64,000 nt of DNA from Candidatus Levyibacteriota bacterium (GCA_039738415.1 JBCLLY010000005.1:4306-68305); one strand, 5' to 3'. Numbered from the stretch's first letter, positions 24,567 through 34,312 are shown. The notes: generated from the letters alone by a model not told the origin. Numbers and translations are program-made.

Positions 24567-27068
24567 TTAAGAATTGTTTCCTCGTTCTAATCTTTCCCGT
24601 GCTTTTCTTTGCAATTCAACAATTTCAGATTGACTTAGAAGTTTTCCTTGCTTTTTCTCTTCCTCCTTAATCTTTTCCACCTCTTGATTTATTTGCTCTC
24701 TGGTTGGACCAGTATTTGCAGTAGTCGCTTCACGGCGGAAACCTTCAGGGACAATAAATCGAGAGTTTTCCGAGGATGTTCCACTAGGAGTGTGGGGAAC
24801 TGTTGAGACAGGTGGAGCAATAGGTGGAGCAATAGGGCTTCCTCCTCCAGGGGGGGTTACTCCCGTTCTCCTTTGTTTATCTTTTGCATACCTTTGTTCT
24901 GCCTCCACCCCCACCTCTGTCTGTTGTTCTTCTGTCCTATTCTTTTCATAACCTTTTTCCGTTACTATTGCATGCCTATGTTCTGCAAGACCCTGCACCT
25001 CTGTCTTTTCTCCTTCTGTCATATTCTCTTCATCATAACCCTTTTCTGTTCTTATGGTTTCCTTATGTCTATTGATTGACTTCTCTCTTGCTTTTTCTTT
25101 CAACTTTGCGCTTCTCCCAAATCCAAAAGGCGATAGCATCGAGCCGATTTTACCTGCTGCGCCACCTGCTGCTTTTGCGCCACCCTGGACCTTACCGTAG
25201 TGCTCTCTAGAAAGTCCTCCGCCAGTTAGAGCTCCTGTCAAAAATCCAAGATTTTGACCCACCCACCTGCTTCCGGCGCGGGGATTGCCCATCACATCCT
25301 TACCAAACATTTCACCAAAAGTACTCTTTACTGGCTTGCTGATAAAACCGACACCCATACCCAAAGGTCTTGCCGCTGCTGAAGCGATTCCTACGTCCGG
25401 AGCGCCTATTAGGCTTTTTGCAAGATTAGCTGCTTCAGGCATAATAAGTATTATTCCCAAGGCAATTAGTGATGCTACCGAATTTACGCTTCCTGGATCG
25501 CCTATGAGAGGCGGAACGAAGTTATCTGAATTTGGAGAGAGACTATTTTGAATACTTGCCCCTATCATAAAAAGGACCATAACTATTGGAAATGCAGCAA
25601 GATTTGCAACAAGACTTTTTATCCAGGGAGTAAACCCGGCTTTCTCATTTGAAAAAAGTCCTCCCAAAATCCAAAAAGGCGCAAAGATTACAGCAACTAT
25701 TATCATAATATACGCCTTTATGAGTATAAACCAAGTTCTGAATAGCGCGGATAAAACAGCTACGAGAATTACTAGATAGGCAATTATTGAAGCAACCATT
25801 GCCAGAATAGAGCCGCTTTTCAGAAGACCGATTCCAGCTCCTATAAGAGTTCCGAGTCCAGCTCCTATAGTGGCTCCCGCAGCGGCTCCAGCGGGACCGC
25901 CTAACATACCAACAAGCCCCCCCAGTAGTCCTCCTATTCCGCTTCCCGTCTGTCCACCCAACATAGCGCCAGCTACAGTCGTTACCATTTTTCCAACATT
26001 AGATCCAATATTACCTTTGAAAAGCGAGCTCATAATTTCAGCAGCACTTTCTGCTGGGGGTGAAACAATAGAGTGGAGTCCCCCGACAGGATTAAGGGCG
26101 CCCGTATTTTTTACTACGCCGTCAAGCGGATTAACAAAAGGATCAATAATATCGGTAACGTTTATATTACCAAGACTGCCATCTGTAGGGAGTCCGATTT
26201 CACTCGGACTTATACCGGGATTACCAAAACTGTTGAACATCCCCCCAGCAGCATTTATAGGGTTTGTATCAATAACTGTCATAGGTACTAGCCCTGGAGC
26301 ATTAAATACATTTATAGAAAGATATATGGAAACATACATCATGTCTATAAGAAATCCTGCTATAGCATAGGAAAAGGTAATAAGAACCAGGGTGATAGTT
26401 ATCTTGGGTAATTTATTCTGGATAGTCATAACTGCTTTTGTATCGTTAATACGGAACATTACTCCAAGACCGATAAGAATAAATACGATAATAAATGCCA
26501 GATAAGTAATATTACGGAATGCAGTCCAAATAGGCAGTACGCTTCTTAGTCCATCAAATCCTACTCCTTGGGCATAAGTGTTTTGTGTAATGCCAAAATT
26601 ATTTGCCAAGTATCTTCCATAATTACCCGACGATATCGGAATATCATATGTCGAACCGATAAGATTACCCATGAGTGATACCAGACCACCATTTACTTCC
26701 GCATAGCCCAACTTTTTCGTAACAGGGTCTATGCCCAGGCACCTTCCGTCTATGCTTATCGGGTTATATCCTGACATAAAGCACGATGCTGTTCCTAGAA
26801 GTTCTATAAATACACTTTGGGTATAGGTGGATAAGTTATGCGGAACATCCGGATTTGTGTTCATCGGAAGAGTTTGCGGATTTATGTTCTGATTTTGATT
26901 TAGCGTGTTTTGTGGTGTAGCCAAGTCCTCAACATTTTTAATAAGAATTGGTGACTGTGTATTTTCTGTTTGGGCGCTTTGGGTCTGGGCAAACGCAGAC
27001 CCCGAGTTTGGCAGAAGATATAATAGTGTACCTATTATAATAGTGAGAATTAAAAGAATTTTTTTCAT
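24567..27068 (-). CDS. polytopic membrane protein, putative VirB6/TrbL-like T4SS channel component
   Basis: Signal peptide (…GSAFAQT), at least 6 predicted TM segments and long Gly-rich stretches (GGQTGSGIGGLLGGLVGMLGGPAGAAAGATIGAGLG). The C-terminal tail is charged with an internal repeat (EKGYDEENMTEGEKTEVQ / EKGYEKNRTEEQQTEVG). The VirB6 call rests on architecture and context only. Confidence 0.45.
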   Translation of the reverse strand: MKKILLILTIIIGTLLYLLPNSGSAFAQTQSAQTENTQSPILIKNVEDLATPQNTLNQNQNINPQTLPMNTNPDVPHNLSTYTQSVFIELLGTASCFMSGYNPISIDGRCLGIDPVTKKLGYAEVNGGLVSLMGNLIGSTYDIPISSGNYGRYLANNFGITQNTYAQGVGFDGLRSVLPIWTAFRNITYLAFIIVFILIGLGVMFRINDTKAVMTIQNKLPKITITLVLITFSYAIAGFLIDMMYVSIYLSINVFNAPGLVPMTVIDTNPINAAGGMFNSFGNPGISPSEIGLPTDGSLGNINVTDIIDPFVNPLDGVVKNTGALNPVGGLHSIVSPPAESAAEIMSSLFKGNIGSNVGKMVTTVAGAMLGGQTGSGIGGLLGGLVGMLGGPAGAAAGATIGAGLGTLIGAGIGLLKSGSILAMVASIIAYLVILVAVLSALFRTWFILIKAYIMIIVAVIFAPFWILGGLFSNEKAGFTPWIKSLVANLAAFPIVMVLFMIGASIQNSLSPNSDNFVPPLIGDPGSVNSVASLIALGIILIMPEAANLAKSLIGAPDVGIASAAARPLGMGVGFISKPVKSTFGEMFGKDVMGNPRAGSRWVGQNLGFLTGALTGGGLSREHYGKVQGGAKAAGGAAGKIGSMLSPFGFGRSAKLKEKAREKSINRHKETIRTEKGYDEENMTEGEKTEVQGLAEHRHAIVTEKGYEKNRTEEQQTEVGVEAEQRYAKDKQRRTGVTPPGGGSPIAPPIAPPVSTVPHTPSGTSSENSRFIVPEGFRREATTANTGPTREQINQEVEKIKEEEKKQGKLLSQSEIVELQRKARERLERGNNS

Positions 27069-27132
27069 AGCAAGACCTAATCTTTAGTATGACAATTAAT
27101 ATAGGTAAAAATCAAGTTTTGTTACTAAAATA

Positions 27133-27264
27133 GTAACCGTTCAGGATTTGACAAAACTATATCAAAATTGTCATGCTGAACTTGTTTCAGCATCTCTTTA
27201 GCTCAAGAAATAGATCCCGAAACGAGTTCGGGATGACGATGTGTCAGCAAGTCTGAACTGTTAC
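27133..27264 (+). repeat. structured palindromic element, copy B
   Basis: The outer stem pairs gtaaccgttcag (27133-27144) with ctgaactgttac (27253-27264), with one mismatch. Inner hairpins are atgctgaa/ttcagcat (27173-27193) and atcccgaa/ttcgggat (27214-27234). Same GTCAT...GATGAC frame as copy A. Confidence 0.75.
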
Positions 27265-27310
27265 TAATCTTATAACGGGTTGACTCCGATTAAATCGGGG
27301 TAAATCAGAG

Positions 27311-27339
27311 TTGACAATAATAGCTTCACGCAGTAGTAT
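27311..27339 (+). promoter_or_regulatory. candidate promoter (TTGACA-17-TAGTAT)
   Basis: TTGACA at 27311-27316, a 17-nt spacer, then TAGTAT at 27334-27339. The ATG at 27348 would leave almost no leader. Confidence 0.3.
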
Positions 27340-27341
27340 TA

Positions 27342-27971
27342 GTGGGCATGAAAGAACAACGGTTTTTTTCAGTACTGCTTCTATTATTATTCTTTATTTT
27401 TTCCACATCTTATTCCTATGCGCACTCCGGACATATTGAGCACGACAGAATCGCACAGGCTGGTGAGAATTCGCAGGAAATTTTAGTCGGGGAATCGGCT
27501 AGTCCATCAGCACAAAAAGAGGAAGAAAATGTTTCGTACGAGCTTGCCTATCCGGGAATGCTGCCGGATAACCCTCTTTATTTTTTAAAAACACTAAGGG
27601 ACAAAATCGTAAGATTTTTAATTTCAGATCCTCTGAAGGATGCAGAATTTGATATTTTAACAGCAAATAAAAGAGTCTATGCGAGTTTGCTTTTGGCAGA
27701 AAAAGAAAAGTATGAATTGTCACTGGAAACTTTTTCCAAAAGTAATAATTATTTACACGAAGCGGTTTTCTCGCTATCGAGAGCACAGGAAAAAAACAAA
27801 GATATAAAACCTCTTTTAGGTAAATTGAAAACGTCCGTGAAAAAACATCAGGAAGTCGTTTCACGGCAAATTGCGCCCATTATTCCGGAGAACATGAGAA
27901 AGGATTTTAATAGAGAAATTAAGCGACTTGAAGACATAGAAAAATCGGTAAAAGAATTTGCCTCAGAATAG
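27342..27971 (+). CDS. secreted hypothetical protein (resembles what I recall as the DUF5667 family)
   Basis: Signal peptide (…SYSYA/HS) and the motif YPGMLPDNPLYFLKTLRDKI. The start is GTG 27342 or ATG 27348. Confidence 0.5.
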   Translation: MGMKEQRFFSVLLLLLFFIFSTSYSYAHSGHIEHDRIAQAGENSQEILVGESASPSAQKEEENVSYELAYPGMLPDNPLYFLKTLRDKIVRFLISDPLKDAEFDILTANKRVYASLLLAEKEKYELSLETFSKSNNYLHEAVFSLSRAQEKNKDIKPLLGKLKTSVKKHQEVVSRQIAPIIPENMRKDFNREIKRLEDIEKSVKEFASE

Positions 27972-28124
27972 CTCTCATAATTATACTTTTGATCAATAAA
28001 AGTATGCGAGCAACATCAACCATTTTTTTTTCTTTAAACCTTGAGTTCAAATATAAGATTGGTACAATTTGATATAGATATTAATAGTTGACGCCATGGA
28101 TTTAGTGTACTACGATGAATTGCA

Positions 28125-28140
28125 ACACTAGATAGAGTTC
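28125..28140. promoter_or_regulatory. weak NrdR-box-like site upstream of nrdR
   Basis: acactagatagagttc matches 12 of 16 positions of the NrdR box consensus as I remember it (acaCwAtATaTwGtgt). It is a single copy, not the usual pair. Confidence 0.2.
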
Positions 28141-28240
28141 TTTTACAAGTTACGGTAAGAAAGATTTAAGTAAGTAAAAAGGAAAATTTTTTTGAGATTA
28201 TTCAATTAATACTCTTGCTTAAAAACCTTTAAATTTAATT

Positions 28241-28693
28241 ATGCATTGTCCATACTGTAATAGCGATCAAACAGAAGTAGTAGAAACGAGAGTTTCTGAA
28301 GAGGGAAATAATATCCGAAGAAGACGGCTTTGCAGTTCGTGCAAAAAACGTTTTACTACCTATGAAAGAATTGAAAACATAACTCTTTTAGTTAGGAAAA
28401 GAGACAATAGGACAGAGCAATTTAGCAGGGAAAAATTAAAGGGAGGAATTTTAAAATCGTCCGAAAAAACTACCGTAACGTTAAAAGACGTAGAAGAGAT
28501 AGTAGATGAAGTAGAGCGTGAACTTTTAGGAGGAGAAACAGTTGAGATAGAAAGCACTAAGATCGGAAAAGTTGTTGCGCTTAGGCTTAAAAAAATTGAC
28601 AAAGTAGCATACATCAGATTTGCAAGCGTTTTTAAACGCTTTGTAGATGTAGAAGATTTTGAGAAAGAAGTTAAAAAATTAATTAAAAAATAG
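28241..28693 (+). CDS. nrdR: transcriptional repressor NrdR
   Basis: N-terminal zinc ribbon (MHCPYCNS...CSSCKKRFTTYERIE) followed by an ATP-cone. Length is 150 aa. Lies adjacent to the ribonucleotide reductase gene. Confidence 0.9.
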   Translation: MHCPYCNSDQTEVVETRVSEEGNNIRRRRLCSSCKKRFTTYERIENITLLVRKRDNRTEQFSREKLKGGILKSSEKTTVTLKDVEEIVDEVERELLGGETVEIESTKIGKVVALRLKKIDKVAYIRFASVFKRFVDVEDFEKEVKKLIKK

Positions 28694-28731
28694 AATCTAA
28701 ATTACTAAATGGCTAAATGGCTTAATAACAA

Positions 28732-28779
28732 CAATTTATCAATATAACAATATAACAATATAACAGTTTAACAATATAA
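28732..28779 (+). repeat. six phased 8-nt units directly upstream of nrdJ
   Basis: caatttat, caatataa, caatataa, caatataa, cagtttaa, caatataa, then cttt and ATG 28784. Confidence 0.85.
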
Positions 28780-28783
28780 CTTT

Positions 28784-31700
28784 ATGGATTTAGACGGAAT
28801 AAGAAAAAAAGTATTTTTAGACAGATACGCATTAAAAGATAAAGACGGAACTCTTATAGAGCAAACCCCGGAGGAAATGTGGAAAAGAGTTGCGGGAGGG
28901 ATTGCGCAAAGTGAAAAACGAGCTGACCGTTCAAAATGGGAAAAGGAATTTTACCGCGTAATGGAAGATTTTAAATTTGTTCCCGCAGGCCGTATTCTAT
29001 CCGGTGCAGGAACCGGATATGAAGTGACGTATTTTAATTGTTTTGTAATACCTTCCCCAAAAGATTCCCGTGACGGAATTTTAGAAAGCCTAAAACAGCT
29101 TGTTGAAATTCAATCACGTGCTGGGGGAGTTGGGCTCAATCTTTCATCCCTCAGACCACGAGGTGCTAGGGTTAAAAAGGTAAATGGAACATCCTCGGGT
29201 CCTGTTACATGGGCTGGTCTTTTTTCTTATGCAACGCATGATGTAGTACAACAAGGTGGAAGTAGACGGGGTGCAACGATGATCATGCTTTGGGATTGGC
29301 ATCCTGATATTGAAGAATTTATAACTGTCAAAGAAGATCTCACAAAAATTAATGGCGCAAATTTGTCTGTTTGTGTATCTGACAAATTCATGGAAGCGGT
29401 AAAGGGAGACAAGGATTGGGATCTTATTTATCCTGACATTGATGATCCCGAATACGACCTTAAATGGGATGGGGAAATTGATACGTGGAAGGCATTGGGA
29501 AAGGCTGTCAAAGTTCATAAGACAATAAAAGCCCGGTACCTATGGGATCTTATCTGCAAGGCGGCATGGAGAAGCGCAGAGCCGGGGCTTCACTTCATGG
29601 AGAGATCAAATAAAAGGTCAAATACCTGGTACTTTGAGCGTCTGATCAGTACAAACCCTTGTCTTACAGCTGACACATGGATACATACAGGGAGTGGCCC
29701 AAAGCAGATAGGTGAACTTTTAAATAAGCCATTTTCAGCATTAGTTGATGGAAAAAAGTATAAATCAACAAAACAGGGATTTTTTAAAACTGGAAAGAAA
29801 GATATCGTACGACTACAAACAAAAGAGGGTTATAGTTTGCGACTAACCCACGATCATAAAGTCCGTCGAATTAGTCGTTTGACAAGGTACAACCTAGAAA
29901 CAGAGTGGGTGGAGGTGGGTAATTTGAGGCCTGAAGATAAATTGTTACTACAAAACCACGCAAGTAATAATAATTGGGCAGGAGCATATTCAGAGAATGA
30001 AGGATATCTGATAGGACTTTTAATAGGAGATGGGACCATAAAAAAAGATAAGGCTGTATTATCAGTTTGGGACAAATTCATCGGAGGAGAAGTAGCTAGT
30101 GGTTCTCAATCCATCATGCAACAGGTAATGCTTTCTACTACAGGTATTTCTCATCGAAGTGATTTTTCTGGATGGATTCCTGTCAAAGGACGTAATGAGT
30201 ATAGACTATCCCTGTCTTATATTAAGAAATTAGCAAATGAGCTCGATATATATCCCGGCAATAAAACTATTACTGAAAAAGTAGAAAAAACATCAAGCGA
30301 TTTTTATAAAGGTTTTTTAAGGGGATTATTCGATGCAGATGGATCTGTGCAAGGAACGCATGATAAAGGAATTAGCGTGCGTCTTTCCCAATCAGACTAT
30401 TCATGCTTGGAAGCAGTGCAGCGAATGTTATTGCGTCTCGGGATTGTATCTCGAATATATAAAAATCGTAGATTAGCAAAATTAACAGAATTTCCCGACG
30501 GAAAAGGAGGAAAAGCTTTGTATTCTACAAAAGCACAACACGAGCTCGTTATTAGTGATGAGAACCTGATAACCTTTTCAAAAATTATCAATTTTTCAGA
30601 TAATCAAAAATCGAACAAACTAGAAACTCTTCTTAATACATATAAGAGAACCCTTAATAGGGAAAGATTTATTGTTAGAGTAGATTCAATTATTACTGAT
30701 GGAAATGAAGATGTGTATGACGCACAAATTCCAGAAGTACATGAGTTTGACGCTAATGGTTTACACGCTCATAATTGCGGAGAGCAGCCTCTAGGGGCGT
30801 GGGCAGTCTGTAACTTAGGGGCGATGAATTTGTCAGCGTATGTTATGGATGCAGACCTGACAACAGAAAAAGCGGGCTGGTTTGATTTCGAATCATTTGG
30901 GAAAGATTCAAAAGTTGCGATGAGACTTTTGGATAATGTTATCGACCAGACGTATTACTTTTTCAAGGAAAATGAAAAATGCGCAAAAGACATCCGGCGC
31001 ACAGGTCTTGGAATTATGGGTCTTGGGGACGCACTCATAAAAATGCAGCTTGCTTATGGTTCTGAAGAATCGCTTCCCGTTATTGAAAAGATATTTAAAA
31101 CGCTTCGCGACAGCGCGTATGATGCGTCTTCTGACATAGCAAAAGAGAAGGGGTCATTTCCTAAATTTGACAAAGAAAAATTCATGCAGGGATATCACAT
31201 TAAAGCTCTTCCAAAAAATCTTCGTGAAAAAATAGCAAAACAGGGTATCAGGAATGCAGTTTTGCTCACCATCGCACCAACAGGTACGACATCACTTGTT
31301 TCAGGAGTATCCTCAGGAATAGAGCCTGTATACGAATTTTCTTTCCTACGCCGGTGGAGGGGTGGAGAGGAAATAATTTATCACCCATTATTTGAAGAAT
31401 GGAAAAAAGCTCATCCTACAGCTGAAAGACCTGGCTATTTTGTCAGCGCAAATGATTTGACTCCAATCGAACACGCTAAAGTTCAGGCAGTTGCTCAAGA
31501 CTATATAGACTCTTCAATTTCAAAAACGGTAAATGCTCCGAATTCTCATACAATTGACGACGTAAAAACTTTGTATATGATGGCATATGACATGGGGCTA
31601 AAAGGCGTAACATACATGAGAGACGGTTCACGCCAAGGAGTTTTGGAAAGAATTGACGATAAAAAAGCAGCAGAAGAGGTCAAAAAACAGCCAATTCTAA

Positions 31701-32320
31701 AAAGACCAGCTATTCTTCACGGATTTACTGTCGAGAAAAAAACTCCTATCGGCAATACATTTGTCACAATAAACCAGGACGAGAATGGAGATCCGTTTGA
31801 GGTATTTATGACTATGGGCAAATCAGGTTCTGATATTGCAGCGATGGCTGAGGCTTTAGGGCGTACAATATCACTCGTTCTTCGAATGCAAAGTCCCGTG
31901 GAACACCGCGAAAGAATGCGTCAAATTATCGCACAGCTTAATGGAATCGGTGGACAGAGGTCTGTCGGATTTGGAGAAAATAGAGTCAGGTCTCTTCCTG
32001 ACGCGGTTGCAAAAATACTTGCTGAGGTTTATGAATTTAAGGTAAATGGGAGAGTTGAGGATAAAAATCCGATTGAGCATTCCAACGGAAATGGGAATGG
32101 AAATGGGAATGGGAATAAGGTGCACAAAAAGATTTCTGCCTCAATGCCCGTTGATATGCCTCTTATAGAAAGTTCAGAGGAGCCTGAAATGCTTCAAGCA
32201 TCAGCTGTTATGTCTGAAGAGACTCACCACGGAGATATCTGCCCTGAGTGTGGCTCCGCAAGTTTTGTACATGAAGAAGGCTGTGCCAAGTGCTATTCAT
32301 GCGGTCACGCTGAATGCTAA
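28784..32320 (+). CDS. nrdJ: adenosylcobalamin-dependent (class II) ribonucleotide reductase, intein-containing precursor
   Basis: N-terminal FLDRYALKD...PEEMWKRVA. The active-site motif NP|CGEQPL is split by the insert. The C-terminal Cys-rich zinc ribbon is CPECGS...CAKCYSCGHAEC. An NGNGNGNGNGN linker is encoded at 32084-32116. Confidence 0.88.
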   Translation: MDLDGIRKKVFLDRYALKDKDGTLIEQTPEEMWKRVAGGIAQSEKRADRSKWEKEFYRVMEDFKFVPAGRILSGAGTGYEVTYFNCFVIPSPKDSRDGILESLKQLVEIQSRAGGVGLNLSSLRPRGARVKKVNGTSSGPVTWAGLFSYATHDVVQQGGSRRGATMIMLWDWHPDIEEFITVKEDLTKINGANLSVCVSDKFMEAVKGDKDWDLIYPDIDDPEYDLKWDGEIDTWKALGKAVKVHKTIKARYLWDLICKAAWRSAEPGLHFMERSNKRSNTWYFERLISTNPCLTADTWIHTGSGPKQIGELLNKPFSALVDGKKYKSTKQGFFKTGKKDIVRLQTKEGYSLRLTHDHKVRRISRLTRYNLETEWVEVGNLRPEDKLLLQNHASNNNWAGAYSENEGYLIGLLIGDGTIKKDKAVLSVWDKFIGGEVASGSQSIMQQVMLSTTGISHRSDFSGWIPVKGRNEYRLSLSYIKKLANELDIYPGNKTITEKVEKTSSDFYKGFLRGLFDADGSVQGTHDKGISVRLSQSDYSCLEAVQRMLLRLGIVSRIYKNRRLAKLTEFPDGKGGKALYSTKAQHELVISDENLITFSKIINFSDNQKSNKLETLLNTYKRTLNRERFIVRVDSIITDGNEDVYDAQIPEVHEFDANGLHAHNCGEQPLGAWAVCNLGAMNLSAYVMDADLTTEKAGWFDFESFGKDSKVAMRLLDNVIDQTYYFFKENEKCAKDIRRTGLGIMGLGDALIKMQLAYGSEESLPVIEKIFKTLRDSAYDASSDIAKEKGSFPKFDKEKFMQGYHIKALPKNLREKIAKQGIRNAVLLTIAPTGTTSLVSGVSSGIEPVYEFSFLRRWRGGEEIIYHPLFEEWKKAHPTAERPGYFVSANDLTPIEHAKVQAVAQDYIDSSISKTVNAPNSHTIDDVKTLYMMAYDMGLKGVTYMRDGSRQGVLERIDDKKAAEEVKKQPILKRPAILHGFTVEKKTPIGNTFVTINQDENGDPFEVFMTMGKSGSDIAAMAEALGRTISLVLRMQSPVEHRERMRQIIAQLNGIGGQRSVGFGENRVRSLPDAVAKILAEVYEFKVNGRVEDKNPIEHSNGNGNGNGNGNKVHKKISASMPVDMPLIESSEEPEMLQASAVMSEETHHGDICPECGSASFVHEEGCAKCYSCGHAEC
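29660..30775 (+). mobile_element. intein (372 aa) with LAGLIDADG homing-endonuclease domain
   Basis: Starts with Cys (CLTADTWI), contains the block B motif THDH, and has two LAGLIDADG motifs (LIGLLIGDGTI and LRGLFDADGSV). It ends ...GLHAHN, followed by extein Cys+1 of CGEQPL. Confidence 0.85.
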
Positions 32321-32434
32321 AGTCTCGTCCAAAGGACGATCAGCCTATGGTATGAAACCTTTGGCTGAAGGTAATAGAAATTAGGTAATAGGTAATAGAT
32401 TGAAAAAATAAAGAGTTTAAAGTAATATAACAAC

Positions 32435-32525
32435 TAGTTAATTAAGGTAATTACGGTGTAAATCCGTAGCTGTGCCGCAACTGTAATCCGCCGTCGAGGT
32501 GGGAAGTCAGAAAACTAATTAACTA
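32435..32525 (+). promoter_or_regulatory. cobalamin riboswitch aptamer (compact form)
   Basis: A 10-bp P1 stem pairs tagttaatta (32435-32444) with taattaacta (32516-32525). The core GGTGtaAAtCCgtagCtGtgCCGCaACtGTAA and a B12-box-like GAAGTCAGAAAAC match the conserved cobalamin riboswitch elements. Confidence 0.65.
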
Positions 32526-32568
32526 TTTCGCTCGAGCAAGCCTTTCTACAATAGTTCTTAACTGCAGA

Positions 32569-32597
32569 AATCCTTCTCGAGTAGAGGGATTTTTTTA
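32569..32597 (+). terminator. intrinsic terminator (riboswitch expression platform)
   Basis: An 8-bp stem aatccttc/gagggatt with a 7-nt loop, followed by a T tract at about 32590-32596. Confidence 0.55.
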
Positions 32598-32641
32598 TGG
32601 TTCGGCACGCTCACCATAATTGAACCCGCAATTTTTTTATT

Positions 32642-33196
32642 ATGGCAATATATACTAAAAAAGGAGACAAGGGAAAAACTTCTTTAGGGAGTGGAGTCCG
32701 CGTATGGAAGGACTCTAGGCGCGTTGAGAGTTATGGAACGGTAGACGAGCTAAATGCTCTACTTGGGGTAATTGAGGCAGAATTAAGTTTAACCAATAAA
32801 AAATACGCAAGGTATCTTTCTGAGATTGTTATAACAGTTCAAAACGACCTTTTCTGCATAGGCTCGTATCTTTCAAATCCTGCTAACTCTTCGCTTGTCA
32901 CACATTTATCTAAAAATACTTCCGAATTTGAGCAAAAAATTGACGAAATGACGCAAAACCTGCCGGAGCTTTCTAACTTTATACTTCCCGGAGGAGGAAA
33001 AATTGGAGCAAATTTACAGCTTGCGCGCTCTGTTAGTAGACGGGCAGAGCGAAAGATAGTAACCCTTATTAAAAAAGAGAAAGTGAATAGTGACGTTACG
33101 CAGTACGTTAACCGCCTATCTGACTTATTTTTTACAATGAGCAGGTTTGCAAATTATTCTGAAAAGAAGAAAGAGATTATTTGGAAGAAAAGATAA
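32642..33196 (+). CDS. ATP:cob(I)alamin adenosyltransferase, PduO type
   Basis: N-terminal IYTKKGDKGKTSLGSG.RV.KDSRRVESYGTVDELNALLGV is characteristic of the PduO/MMAB family. Length is 184 aa. Confidence 0.85.
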   Translation: MAIYTKKGDKGKTSLGSGVRVWKDSRRVESYGTVDELNALLGVIEAELSLTNKKYARYLSEIVITVQNDLFCIGSYLSNPANSSLVTHLSKNTSEFEQKIDEMTQNLPELSNFILPGGGKIGANLQLARSVSRRAERKIVTLIKKEKVNSDVTQYVNRLSDLFFTMSRFANYSEKKKEIIWKKR

Positions 33197-34312
33197 ATGG
33201 CAGAAATAATAGGAAATTTTTATATCGGATTTGATGAAGCTCGAGCAGAACGAGTTCAAAATATTACTTCAATTGAAGAATATAGATTTAGGCGTGAGGC
33301 TCTTATTTCATACAACAAAGACCAAATGATTACAAATCTTGGTGAGCGGTTTAATGTAATCCTGAGTACTTATCAATATGAAATAAAAGATGGTGAACTT
33401 TGGGGTAAGGATATGGACGAGCCATTTATGAACTCATTGAAACGTGGGAGGGATTATAGACGGGAAAACGGAAATCCGGTCGATTTCAGGCGTGAAGAGG
33501 CAGAAGTAATAGGATTTGAGAAAATTCAAAATATAATGACAGACGAGGATGCTCCGGTGGGAACTGTTATTTTGTCAGTTTCACCTCCGGGACTTGAGGA
33601 CTCTACTTATACCAATAACTTTATAGATATTCATACTAAAAAAGTTGACGAGAATGGGAGGGTCTATGTAGAAAGTCAGAGAGTTAGCTCGGGGTTGTCC
33701 CTTGACGAGTATAAAGAAAAAATTTCAGCATTTTCTGATATTGAAATAGACGATAGCGATCCATCAGCCTCATTTTTAGAGCAGCCAATTTTAATTGGTA
33801 CGGGTCTTACAGCAGAAGACATTAAATTTTACTTATATAAGGATCATGACTATATGGATGAGAAGACCTTTGAGTTAATTAAAAAAAGTGTCGCCCATTT
33901 AACAGCAGAGTATGCAAGAAGTATTGTTGTTGAGCCCCAAAGTAGAGAGTATCATAGGATTTTGTTTAATACAGTCCTGAATAAGGCAGACGAGGTTTTT
34001 GAGTTAATTAAGAGCGAAGGTTTGGGTATGGTAGAAAAAATTATTCCCATTTCAACCGAGCTTCATGTTGGTCGGGAGATTCAGGATTATGGCTACCGTG
34101 AAGTAAGAGAGGTAAAAGCTGGATGCGGTATGTCGGGCGGGTTTGACGTTGAGGGTAAGGATACAGCAAGTAGTGTTTCTGACTTTGATCCAAAAAAAGA
34201 GAGGATTCTTTGCTGCACCTGTCCTTTTTGTAAAGAAAAAGTTGAGGCAAAAATTGCTAAAGGCAAGATTGAGTGTCCTAATTGCAAAAAATCTGCTAAA
34301 TGGGCAAATTAA
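33197..34312 (+). CDS. hypothetical protein with C-terminal zinc ribbon
   Basis: 371-aa ORF whose ATG directly abuts the upstream TAA. C-terminal CCTCPFCKEK...IECPNCKK. No family recognised. Confidence 0.5.
   Translation: MAEIIGNFYIGFDEARAERVQNITSIEEYRFRREALISYNKDQMITNLGERFNVILSTYQYEIKDGELWGKDMDEPFMNSLKRGRDYRRENGNPVDFRREEAEVIGFEKIQNIMTDEDAPVGTVILSVSPPGLEDSTYTNNFIDIHTKKVDENGRVYVESQRVSSGLSLDEYKEKISAFSDIEIDDSDPSASFLEQPILIGTGLTAEDIKFYLYKDHDYMDEKTFELIKKSVAHLTAEYARSIVVEPQSREYHRILFNTVLNKADEVFELIKSEGLGMVEKIIPISTELHVGREIQDYGYREVREVKAGCGMSGGFDVEGKDTASSVSDFDPKKERILCCTCPFCKEKVEAKIAKGKIECPNCKKSAKWAN

Noticed and set aside
25870-26370. 166-aa plus-strand Pro/Gly-rich ORF and other ORFs inside 24567-27068
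   Set aside because: It is a shadow frame of the Gly-rich region of the 833-aa membrane protein (GGN codons read as NCC).
3285-27068. Interpreting the whole T4SS region as a prophage or an integrative conjugative element
   Set aside because: I recognised no integrase, recombinase, relaxase, phage structural gene or flanking att-type direct repeats within the window. This cannot be excluded without searches.
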